IMG/VR virus record: IMGVR_UViG_3300010413_000127
Location: 1 to 28,904 of that record
Source of the DNA: a virus
Taxonomy: Duplodnaviria; Caudoviricetes
Length of the DNA: 28,904 bases
Direction: 5' to 3' (one strand)
A model generated the notes under the pieces. The model did not search any database. It had not been told where the DNA came from and was given only the letters and a program-made list of their open reading frames with translations. The position numbers and the translations under genes were made by a program. Positions 19,278-26,982 of this stretch are shown one piece after another (positions within the stretch are counted from its first letter, which is position 1; the number at the start of each line of letters is the position of its first letter).

Positions 19278-20296
19278 TAAATACACATACACTACTCAAA
19301 ATTGCAAAGGACGTACATTTTTACGGCGATGTTCGAGAGTATTACGTAAGACCTTACCTAAGCTCTGTCTCGATCCCTGAGTGGGATGAGAAGTTAGGTA
19401 GACACACTAGCCCTCGCCAGTGGGTTGCTACGGTAGAAGATGTTACCTTGGCGGGTCCTGGCTTGGTTGGGCTTGCGAACAAGTATAGTCGTGATGTGAT
19501 CTTAGACACAACATACTTTGGTCGTATTGATCTCTTTGAAAGAAACCTACCGTATTTTCAGGGGGCTATGGCTTCACTAGATGGCGAGACAAAGCACATG
19601 GATATCGCCGTTTCTTTGGGTACGGTATGGACCTATAACTATTTTCATTTCATAATAGATATACTTCCAAAACTAGAGGCAATAACCCACTATCAAACCG
19701 AGACAGGTGAATTTCCAGTTATACTTATACCCGCTAACCCTCCGAGGTTTGTGCTGGATATCTTTGATTACCTCGACGTACACTATATCACGGTCGATGG
19801 TCCCGCTAATATTCGGGTGGAAAGGTTGGTGATCCCTAGTTCACATCGTCAAAATGGTTTTCCTCACCCTGGCGCTATCGAGTATCTTCGTGATCTCGTT
19901 GGTGTATATGGTGATCCCAAAGAAAAGATTTACGTGTCAAGGGAATTGGCTCGATCTCGGAGAGTTAGCAACGAAACAAAAGTGATGGAGGCACTCACCA
20001 AGATGGGGTTCTATAAGGTTTGTGCCGAGAGTTTCCCATGGCGTAGACAATTGGATATGTTCTCAAATGCCAACGTGATTGCCGGTCCTCATGGGGCTGG
20101 ACTTGTTAACATGGTGTTCGGGAATAACCCTATCGTGCTAGAGTTAGTTACACCTGAGTACACCAACCCGTGTTGCTGGTTGATCGGTGAGGCAATGGGG
20201 ATTAAATATGGTTGCGTGTTGGGTACAAAAACTGTGGATGAGGATATCTCCATAGACGTTGACACGCTAATAAAAACACTGAAAGGATTAGAATGA
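19274..20296 (+). CDS. Glycosyltransferase family 61 (DUF563)
   Basis: NYFHFIIDILPKL, KIYVSR...R.VSNE, Q..MF..A.VIAGPHGAGLVNMVF, VLEL. Confidence 0.88.
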   Translation: MINTHTLLKIAKDVHFYGDVREYYVRPYLSSVSIPEWDEKLGRHTSPRQWVATVEDVTLAGPGLVGLANKYSRDVILDTTYFGRIDLFERNLPYFQGAMASLDGETKHMDIAVSLGTVWTYNYFHFIIDILPKLEAITHYQTETGEFPVILIPANPPRFVLDIFDYLDVHYITVDGPANIRVERLVIPSSHRQNGFPHPGAIEYLRDLVGVYGDPKEKIYVSRELARSRRVSNETKVMEALTKMGFYKVCAESFPWRRQLDMFSNANVIAGPHGAGLVNMVFGNNPIVLELVTPEYTNPCCWLIGEAMGIKYGCVLGTKTVDEDISIDVDTLIKTLKGLE

Positions 20297-21828
20297 CAAC
20301 AGTAAGGGATTATAAAGACGCTTATGTAGGACAAACATGCGTGATAATTGGGAACGGACCAAGCCTAAAGGACATCCAATTAGAGGCTATTCAGTATCCA
20401 ACGTTCGGAACAAACAGGATATATCTATCTGGTTACGTTCCTGATTTCTATGTTTGTGTCAACGATCTTGTTCTCAAGCAATTTGGGGATGAGATAAAAG
20501 AGTTTGATGCACCCGTGAAATTTTTATCCAACCGCTATGATATCGGGGATAGTAGCGCGATAATCCTAGATACAACCTACCCGTCGCCTGGTTTCTACAC
20601 GCCTGAGGGTTCGATGTGGGAAGGACACACGGTCACATATATTGCCCTACAACTAGCGCATTATATGGGTTTCTCCAAGGTATATCTTGTCGGAGTGGAT
20701 CACGACTATGGTGATACAAACTCTCGACCTAATCTTGAGTTAGTCTCTACCGAGGCGGATGCTAACCATTTCGATGCGGATTACTTTGGACCAGGAACCA
20801 GGTGGCACGCTCCCGATCTAACGATGAGTGAGTTTGCTTACACGATCGCCAAAGCGTATTTCGGTAAGTGTTTATCAAGTATTATGAACGCCTCTACCCG
20901 AACCAAGCTTGATGTATTTCCGCTTGCGGATCATAGGGTTTTATATGGTGAGCAAAGGGAAGCGCCAAAGGTAAGTGCTATTGTTAGTGCATACAAAGCA
21001 CGGGACTATATCGAGGGTTGCATAGATGACTTGATGAACCAGTCTCTATTACCTGAAATAATTGTGGTGGCACAACAAGATAGCTATGAGTATGTAACAG
21101 CACTAGCCAAGCTGAAACGAAACGACTATCCGTATTACTCTATCATCTCGACCGAGGATATCCCCACGGTCTATAAGGCTTGGAATCTTGGGATAAAAGA
21201 GGCGCATGGGAAATACATAACAAACGCTAATACCGATGACAGGCACCACCCACAAGCGTTCGCTATGCTATCTGATTTGCTGGACGTTCGACCGGATATC
21301 GATCTTGTGTATCCCAACCAGTATATAACGTGGAAAAATCAGTCATTCGAGGAATTTGTAGATGAGTTTATAGCCGGTGAGTTTGATCTTGTCCAGGGTA
21401 GGCAAGAAAACGCACCAGGTCTATTCTCATGGCATGAGTACGATCATACTGTTTTGACCCGTGGGTGTTTCGTTGGACCACAACCGATGTGGCGCAAGCG
21501 CCTACACCAACGCTATGGATATTTCCGAGAAGAATTTGAGAGTGCCGGTGACTATGAGTTTTGGTTGCGGATTGCCAAAGAGAAGAATATGCTTCATGTG
21601 CCGGTTGTGCTTGGTCTGTATACAGCACGTATGGACGGAATAGAGTTGCAAAACCCGATCCTATCATCGGAAGAAACTAGCATGGCACTGTCCCTAAACC
21701 AAAGTAAAGACCATGTATTCTTTGATCCTATGGGCGATTTCACTCGGATTAGCATTGGTCCTGAGTATGTGTTTGGCGTGACCGATCAGGTAGTAGATAT
21801 CATGGGAAAACTAAAAGGTGGTGAATAG
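20293..21828 (+). CDS. Fusion of DUF115/Maf/MptE-like (GT42 sialyltransferase-like fold) N-domain and GT2 C-domain
   Basis: N: CVIIGNGPSL, FGTNRIY, TVTYIALQLAHYMGFSKVYLVGVDH; C: KVSAIVSAY...CIDDL..Q, AWNLGI..A.GKYI.NANTDD, AGDYEFWLR. Confidence 0.85.
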   Translation: MTTVRDYKDAYVGQTCVIIGNGPSLKDIQLEAIQYPTFGTNRIYLSGYVPDFYVCVNDLVLKQFGDEIKEFDAPVKFLSNRYDIGDSSAIILDTTYPSPGFYTPEGSMWEGHTVTYIALQLAHYMGFSKVYLVGVDHDYGDTNSRPNLELVSTEADANHFDADYFGPGTRWHAPDLTMSEFAYTIAKAYFGKCLSSIMNASTRTKLDVFPLADHRVLYGEQREAPKVSAIVSAYKARDYIEGCIDDLMNQSLLPEIIVVAQQDSYEYVTALAKLKRNDYPYYSIISTEDIPTVYKAWNLGIKEAHGKYITNANTDDRHHPQAFAMLSDLLDVRPDIDLVYPNQYITWKNQSFEEFVDEFIAGEFDLVQGRQENAPGLFSWHEYDHTVLTRGCFVGPQPMWRKRLHQRYGYFREEFESAGDYEFWLRIAKEKNMLHVPVVLGLYTARMDGIELQNPILSSEETSMALSLNQSKDHVFFDPMGDFTRISIGPEYVFGVTDQVVDIMGKLKGGE

Positions 21829-22055
21829 TGCCTATCTATGTGTATGGGTGTGAGAATAATCATAGGATCGAGGTTGAGCATAGCATCCGTGACGATCCTG
21901 TTATAATCTGCGATGTATGTGGATCAAAGATGTGGCGTGTTCCTCAATCGTTCAGATGGTATATGTCTCCAACTGAAATGTTGCTAGACACCATGGACGA
22001 AAACTATCGAAAGTGGAAGGTGAAAAATGCCAACAAAGCAAGACGAACTACTTAA
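21828..22055 (+). CDS. FmdB-family zinc-ribbon protein
   Basis: MPIYVYGCENNH..E...CDVCGS...R; GTG start overlapping the previous TAG. Confidence 0.75.
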   Translation: MPIYVYGCENNHRIEVEHSIRDDPVIICDVCGSKMWRVPQSFRWYMSPTEMLLDTMDENYRKWKVKNANKARRTT

Positions 22056-22449
22056 GGCGCAACAAGAACTAATTGAACAACTAGCGGCAAAGGTTGATAA
22101 ATTAGAAATTGAAATGCAAGAAGCGCCTCAGGGTCGTAAGAGTTTCCCTGAAAAGGATCTACCTTTTCGCCGTGAGGACCACCCCGATGAGGGTGGAGGA
22201 TGGGTGATCCAGTCGCCCAAGGATAGCTACACCGGCAAAACTGCGGGGGTTAGCTTTGTGGGTGGCTATGCTATCGTGTATGAAGATGATGAGAACGCCG
22301 ATCGCAAAGTCCACCAACTACAGCACGACTTTGGTTATACGGTTACATCACTAGATAAGGATGGGTTGTACGACGCCCGCAAACTTGTCCAGCGCGCACA
22401 AGAAACGGCAAGGACCGATCAGACCTTGCTAGAAAAATTGTCGGGGTAA
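22027..22449 (+). CDS. Hypothetical protein (140 aa) with N-terminal coiled coil
   Basis: ORF with AAGGTG upstream, co-oriented, fills operon. Confidence 0.65.
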   Translation: MPTKQDELLKAQQELIEQLAAKVDKLEIEMQEAPQGRKSFPEKDLPFRREDHPDEGGGWVIQSPKDSYTGKTAGVSFVGGYAIVYEDDENADRKVHQLQHDFGYTVTSLDKDGLYDARKLVQRAQETARTDQTLLEKLSG

Positions 22450-22455
22450 GCCGCT

Positions 22456-22755
22456 ATGTCTATTATGGATTGGCGAGATGCCCTAGTATTCAACCCGATT
22501 GGCGCCCATGTGGATGGTCCGGATATATCTAGTGCGGTTACGCTTACGCCCCCTGACCTGGCGACAAAGGTGATGCTCCAAGCCCTTAGCCAGTCAGCAC
22601 GATATACCCTGGATGGCACTACACCAACGTCAAGCAAGGGGTTTCAACTGTATGCCGGTGACCCTCCGGTGATCCTATCAATCGGTAAACTGGTCACGCT
22701 AAAAATCATACAAGAAGCGGCGACCTGTGATCTCCAATACCAGTGGGGTGCATGA
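22456..22755 (+). CDS. Small beta-rich virion-type protein
   Basis: ARYTLDGTTPTSSKGFQL motif of a kind common in small phage structural proteins. Confidence 0.55.
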   Translation: MSIMDWRDALVFNPIGAHVDGPDISSAVTLTPPDLATKVMLQALSQSARYTLDGTTPTSSKGFQLYAGDPPVILSIGKLVTLKIIQEAATCDLQYQWGA

Positions 22756-22976
22756 TGAGTGATTTCAAAAAGAAACTCAAGCGTAAATTATGGGATATGC
22801 GGGTGAAGTTTATGGACTGGTCCCGTGTGAAGAAACACCAATACCGGAAATGGCGCGGAACTGCCGGTGAAGAACAAACCCTAGAGGTACATAAGATGTC
22901 AATATCAACCAATACGATCATACAACGTGCCGCGCAACAGCGTGTGATCCCTGATAGAGAGGTGAAAGATGGGTAA
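22752..22976 (+). CDS. Hypothetical basic protein
   Basis: ATGA overlap at 22752-22755; Lys/Arg-rich N-terminus. Confidence 0.45.
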   Translation: MMSDFKKKLKRKLWDMRVKFMDWSRVKKHQYRKWRGTAGEEQTLEVHKMSISTNTIIQRAAQQRVIPDREVKDG

Positions 22977-23343
22977 GAGTGTGCATAATAACGTGCTTGA
23001 CGCGGCACTAAACTATATCAAAACGAACTGTGATGAAATGAATGTGTGTAGTACCGAGCCTACCACGTACACCGAGGCAATTACCACAAATATGTTAGCC
23101 GATGTAGCCATGGCTAGTGGTGACTTCACGGTTGGGGATGGAGACACGAACGGGCGCAAGGTTGCCGTAGCCGAGAAGGCGAGTATCACGGTAGACAATA
23201 CCGGCGACGCCCAACATATTGCATTAACTTACTCTGGCAATAGTGAGCTAATGCTAGTGACAACCTGTACGCTACAGAACATTACATCTGGTAATACGGT
23301 CACTGTACCTACGTGGGACGCCGAGATATCCGATCCCACCTAG
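22969..23343 (+). CDS. Phage structural protein, probably fibre-associated
   Basis: RBS GAGGTG; LDAALNYI...EPT.Y.EA...DFT...GD..GRK...GNTVT.P.W..EI.DP pattern; upstream of fibre. Confidence 0.6.
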   Translation: MGKSVHNNVLDAALNYIKTNCDEMNVCSTEPTTYTEAITTNMLADVAMASGDFTVGDGDTNGRKVAVAEKASITVDNTGDAQHIALTYSGNSELMLVTTCTLQNITSGNTVTVPTWDAEISDPT

Positions 23344-23352
23344 TAGGTTGCT

Positions 23353-23868
23353 ATGACAACCTATCTAAGAACGGGTACGTGTAACCTTTGTGGTCAGTGT
23401 TGCGGTTGTGAAACTGCGCCTAATAGAGATAGTCCATGGGCTAAAGATTATCTTTGGGCTTTGCGTACATGGGCGGATAGTGACCTTCCAGGTATTGCAA
23501 GCGTACTGAAACCACCCGCTAATGGTGGTCCTGTTAGTGGATCGTTTCAAATAGGCACGGCACAATACCAGTTTATTTGGGTTGCTGAACCATTACACGG
23601 GCTATGCAAGGACTTACCGCCCTATGGTAAGACCAACAACTATGCGCGCCAATGTCCTCTGTTAATGACTAGCCCCGATGGAGGGCAAACTTATCCATGC
23701 GCGGCATATCAATCAGCTACGGTAATCCCAACCCTGGGGATAACCGTTGGTCAGTGGTGGGATAGCGTTTGCGGTGTTATGCCTCCAATGACGTTGGAAG
23801 ATTGGCAAGTACAAATGTGGGAAGCGAACCACCCTGCTTGTAGTTACACATATGTGGAGCAAACCTGA
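23353..23868 (+). CDS. CxxCxxCC (YkgJ/FliB-like) cysteine-cluster protein
   Basis: CNLCGQCCGC at N-terminus, later CPLL, CAAY and further Cys (10 Cys in total). Confidence 0.65.
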   Translation: MTTYLRTGTCNLCGQCCGCETAPNRDSPWAKDYLWALRTWADSDLPGIASVLKPPANGGPVSGSFQIGTAQYQFIWVAEPLHGLCKDLPPYGKTNNYARQCPLLMTSPDGGQTYPCAAYQSATVIPTLGITVGQWWDSVCGVMPPMTLEDWQVQMWEANHPACSYTYVEQT

Positions 23869-26006
23869 TGGCAGTTCCTACTACCCCAAAAACTGTAATG
23901 TCATCTTCTTACCTTTACTGTTCATTAGGTAGAACGGGTGCAATAGTTCGCGACTCGTCTGGTAATAAATATGCTGTTATACCTTACTCAGGACCGTCAA
24001 TATATGTTAGAGGAAATTTAGATACAACGCCTAGTACATTAGATCAAGATAGTTATTCAACAATATTCGGTGTTGATGGTTCAACACCAACATACATAGC
24101 TTGTGACGCGGCGATAGATAGCAACGATGACATACATATTATCGCTGTTTGTGGAACAAACGATAAAAACCGCATAGTGGCTCACGCTGTCTTTGATACT
24201 GGTACAAATACGTTGGGCGCATGGGAAGAGGCGGGTGTAATTACAGATGTAACAGGCGGGGCAACAAACCAGGTCGCGATTTGTGTGGATGCAAGCGATA
24301 ATCTACACATACTTTATACAGAGGCGTTGAAATACAAAGGTGTTGGCTATGTCCAGGTCTATTACAATACTAAAACAACCTCATGGGGAACGCCTGAGAG
24401 GGTAAGCACAACCGATAATATAAACTATGATGCGGTTGATATAGCCGTTGATAGCGCGGGGGATATTGAAACTTTATATACATCTGGAACAAACGTCTAT
24501 GCACGTAGGCGAAACGGAACATGGGGTAGTGTAACAACATATACAGGTAAAGCCGCGCCTACGGTTGTTATAAACTCTAGCGACGTGGTTTATAGATATA
24601 TGCTTGATACGTCAAGTCCTTATGACGTGATGGAAACTTCAAGTGATACGGGGTATGATGCTAGCGCGGCAAACCAATACAACATGACCGCGCTAGAATA
24701 TGATGGTACAAGATATGTAATATTTGATTTAACATATACAACTTATGACCCAATAAAATATATCTATAATAGCGGTAGTGGGTGGACTGATGGTGGGTAT
24801 ATTTGGGCAAGCGGAACAAATTACGACTCGCCTGTTTTTTCTCCGGCAAGATACAACCAAAACCTATCTGAGACTATAGATTTTATATTTCAGATTGGTA
24901 CGACTGTCATGTATTACTATACTGAGGAAATATCGGGTGGTGATACTAATCTGGTCGTAGCTGACGCGGCGCTGGCGTTAGCCGTTGATAGTCCTACGCT
25001 CACACAAGCTCATACTCTGGTGGTCCAAGATGCAAGTTTCAGCCTAACCACCGACGAACCCGATCTAGTAGAACATATTACCCTCGCCGTAGATGATATG
25101 GCGTTTGGTCTGACTACCGACGAACCCGATCTGGTGGAGCATATTACCCTCGCCGTAAATGATATGGCGTTTGGTCTGACCACTGATCCTATCGCTCTTA
25201 CTCAAGCTCATACCCTGGCTATGGATGAGGCGGCGTTCGCCCTTACCACTGATCCTATCGCTCTTACTCAAGCTCATACCCTGGCTATGGATGAGGTTGC
25301 GTTTTCCCTTACCACCGACGAACCTGTCCTTGATGTTAGCGCAACCCTATCGGTAAACGATGTGGCATTTACACTTACTACCGATCCAATTGCTCTTACT
25401 CAGGCTCATGCTCTGGCGGTAAATGAAACAACCTTTACTCTCTCCACTGATCCTATTGCCCTAACCCAAGCTCACACCTTATCGGTGAGTGAGGTGGCGT
25501 TCGGGCTAACCACGGACCCGATCACAATAACCGTTGGTGGTATTACTCTTGTCGTAGCTGACGTAGCGTTTGATCTATCTACCGATCCAATTGCTCTTAC
25601 TCAGGCTCACACCCTGGCGTCAAATGAAGTCGCATTTGCGCTAACCACTGATCCTATTGCTCTCACCCAAGCTCACATCCTGGCGGCGGATGAGGCATTG
25701 TTCAGCCTGACCACCGACGAACCCAACCTAACAGAACACAAGACGCTTTCCGTAGACGATATGACCATGGGCTTGGTGACAGATGGCATAGCCCTAACCC
25801 AAGCTCACACCCTGGCGGTAGATGAGGCGGCATTTGCACTTACTTTCGATGGAGCATTGGTGAACCCAACCGAAACGGTCCTGGTTGTGCAAGATGCACA
25901 AATGTATTTATATATTGATGGTATCCTTTGGGGTGGTGACTGGCGACGTCACGGGTTTTACAACCGTCGATTTCGCCTAAACTTTATGACAAGGACTAAA
26001 ATATAA
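23868..26006 (+). CDS. Fibre/spike protein: N-terminal beta-propeller-like domain plus 22-aa repeat shaft
   Basis: Repeated blade-like motifs (AAIDSNDDIHII, ICVDASDNLHILY, IAVDSAGDIETLY, W...E) followed by about 14 tandem repeats. Confidence 0.7.
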   Translation: MAVPTTPKTVMSSSYLYCSLGRTGAIVRDSSGNKYAVIPYSGPSIYVRGNLDTTPSTLDQDSYSTIFGVDGSTPTYIACDAAIDSNDDIHIIAVCGTNDKNRIVAHAVFDTGTNTLGAWEEAGVITDVTGGATNQVAICVDASDNLHILYTEALKYKGVGYVQVYYNTKTTSWGTPERVSTTDNINYDAVDIAVDSAGDIETLYTSGTNVYARRRNGTWGSVTTYTGKAAPTVVINSSDVVYRYMLDTSSPYDVMETSSDTGYDASAANQYNMTALEYDGTRYVIFDLTYTTYDPIKYIYNSGSGWTDGGYIWASGTNYDSPVFSPARYNQNLSETIDFIFQIGTTVMYYYTEEISGGDTNLVVADAALALAVDSPTLTQAHTLVVQDASFSLTTDEPDLVEHITLAVDDMAFGLTTDEPDLVEHITLAVNDMAFGLTTDPIALTQAHTLAMDEAAFALTTDPIALTQAHTLAMDEVAFSLTTDEPVLDVSATLSVNDVAFTLTTDPIALTQAHALAVNETTFTLSTDPIALTQAHTLSVSEVAFGLTTDPITITVGGITLVVADVAFDLSTDPIALTQAHTLASNEVAFALTTDPIALTQAHILAADEALFSLTTDEPNLTEHKTLSVDDMTMGLVTDGIALTQAHTLAVDEAAFALTFDGALVNPTETVLVVQDAQMYLYIDGILWGGDWRRHGFYNRRFRLNFMTRTKI
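24951..25920 (+). repeat. Tandem 66-bp (22-aa) coding repeats, about 14 full units plus one partial
   Basis: Consensus LAVDE.AF.LTTDPIALTQAHT; an exact 52-nt duplicate starts at 25179 and at 25245. Confidence 0.92.
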
Positions 26007-26152
26007 TGCCATATCGATTGAACCCGAACAACAAGAAACAAATACAAGTAAAGAAAGATGGACGATGGGTTGTCTATCATACTCACCCATCGGTGAAGAA
26101 GGCAAAGGCACAACTATATGTGCTAAACAAGAAGGTGAAAGATGACTCTTAA
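26006..26152 (+). CDS. Small basic protein (48 aa), not in the ORF track
   Basis: TAATG coupling to fibre stop; MPYRLNPNNKKQIQVKKDGRWVVYHTHPSVKKAKAQLYVLNKKVKDDS fills the gap exactly. Confidence 0.65.
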   Translation: MPYRLNPNNKKQIQVKKDGRWVVYHTHPSVKKAKAQLYVLNKKVKDDS

Positions 26153-26981
26153 TCACACGCTATATGCTGTTCTGTATGCACTCTCAAAGAAATTGGGTAT
26201 TATTGAAAGAGAGGGTGTTAGTACCGGCGGAACAACGGCAACCCTGATTGATACAAGCTTTGCACACGCTACTAAATACAACGATGATATATTCAATCAA
26301 GGGACTATCTTTTTCCGAACCGGCGCAATCTCTTATACTAGCGCCGTGATAACGGATTGGTCCCAATCCGCTTTCCAGTGGACTTTTGCAACGCAACCGG
26401 CGGCGCCCTCTACGACCACCCGTTATAGCGTAACGCTATCAAAGTTTCCGCGGTGGATCTTAATTCAGGGGGTAAATGAGGCGCTATCCGATCTTCCTGG
26501 TGTTATGAAAGAGTATTCAGATGCAAGCTATGTTACCGTAGCTGATCAAATGGACTACGATCTTCCGACTTCAATACAAAACACAATCAGGAAAGTCGAG
26601 GTTGCTACCAGTAAGACAAGTCCTTATGAGTATGTTGAACACAAGAATTGGACTATCATAAACGATCAACTATCGTTCGAGGAATATAGTCAACCGGATT
26701 ACAGTGACTATAGAATTAGACTAACCTATGAGGAACACCCCAACCCTGTGAGTAGTGATGCAGACTCAATCCCTGGTTATATCGATATTGATTGGCTTGC
26801 TTGGGAAGCGGCGGCAAATATTCTAGCCTGGAAGGTTGAACAAACAGGCGGTGCAGATGAACACTATTCCGCCAAGTACAATCAAGCTATTGTAATGGCA
26901 CAACAATATCGAAAGAGATATCAACAATTTATCCCCAAGCTACCTTTGAGCGCCAAGGTAAGTAAGTGGTCTAAGGTGTAA
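26142..26981 (+). CDS. Head-tail adaptor-like protein (putative)
   Basis: GT...LIDT start, helical VNEALSDL, VADQMDYDLP, RLTY...P and C-terminal helices typical of adaptor/tail tubular A-type proteins; precedes nozzle-like gene. Confidence 0.55.
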   Translation: MTLNHTLYAVLYALSKKLGIIEREGVSTGGTTATLIDTSFAHATKYNDDIFNQGTIFFRTGAISYTSAVITDWSQSAFQWTFATQPAAPSTTTRYSVTLSKFPRWILIQGVNEALSDLPGVMKEYSDASYVTVADQMDYDLPTSIQNTIRKVEVATSKTSPYEYVEHKNWTIINDQLSFEEYSQPDYSDYRIRLTYEEHPNPVSSDADSIPGYIDIDWLAWEAAANILAWKVEQTGGADEHYSAKYNQAIVMAQQYRKRYQQFIPKLPLSAKVSKWSKV

Positions 26982-26982
26982 T

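Noticed and set aside
18519-21828. GTs as a serotype-conversion (gtrABC) or DNA hypermodification locus
   Set aside because: No membrane components and no hydroxymethylase or nucleotide genes nearby; position is inside the capsid operon. Disfavoured, not formally excluded
24951-25920. 66-bp periodic repeats as a possible CRISPR array
   Set aside because: Units are in-frame, degenerate at synonymous sites and have no unique spacers; no cas genes
17021-26006. Diversity-generating retroelement, suggested by the BPP-1-like capsid
   Set aside because: No reverse transcriptase and no TR/VR pair differing at adenines seen in the window
824-26396. Numerous minus-strand and alternate-frame ORFs in the track (e.g. 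6518-7099, 7746-8234, 17174-17668)
   Set aside because: They overlap well-supported + strand genes and show no recognisable motifs; treated as shadow ORFs
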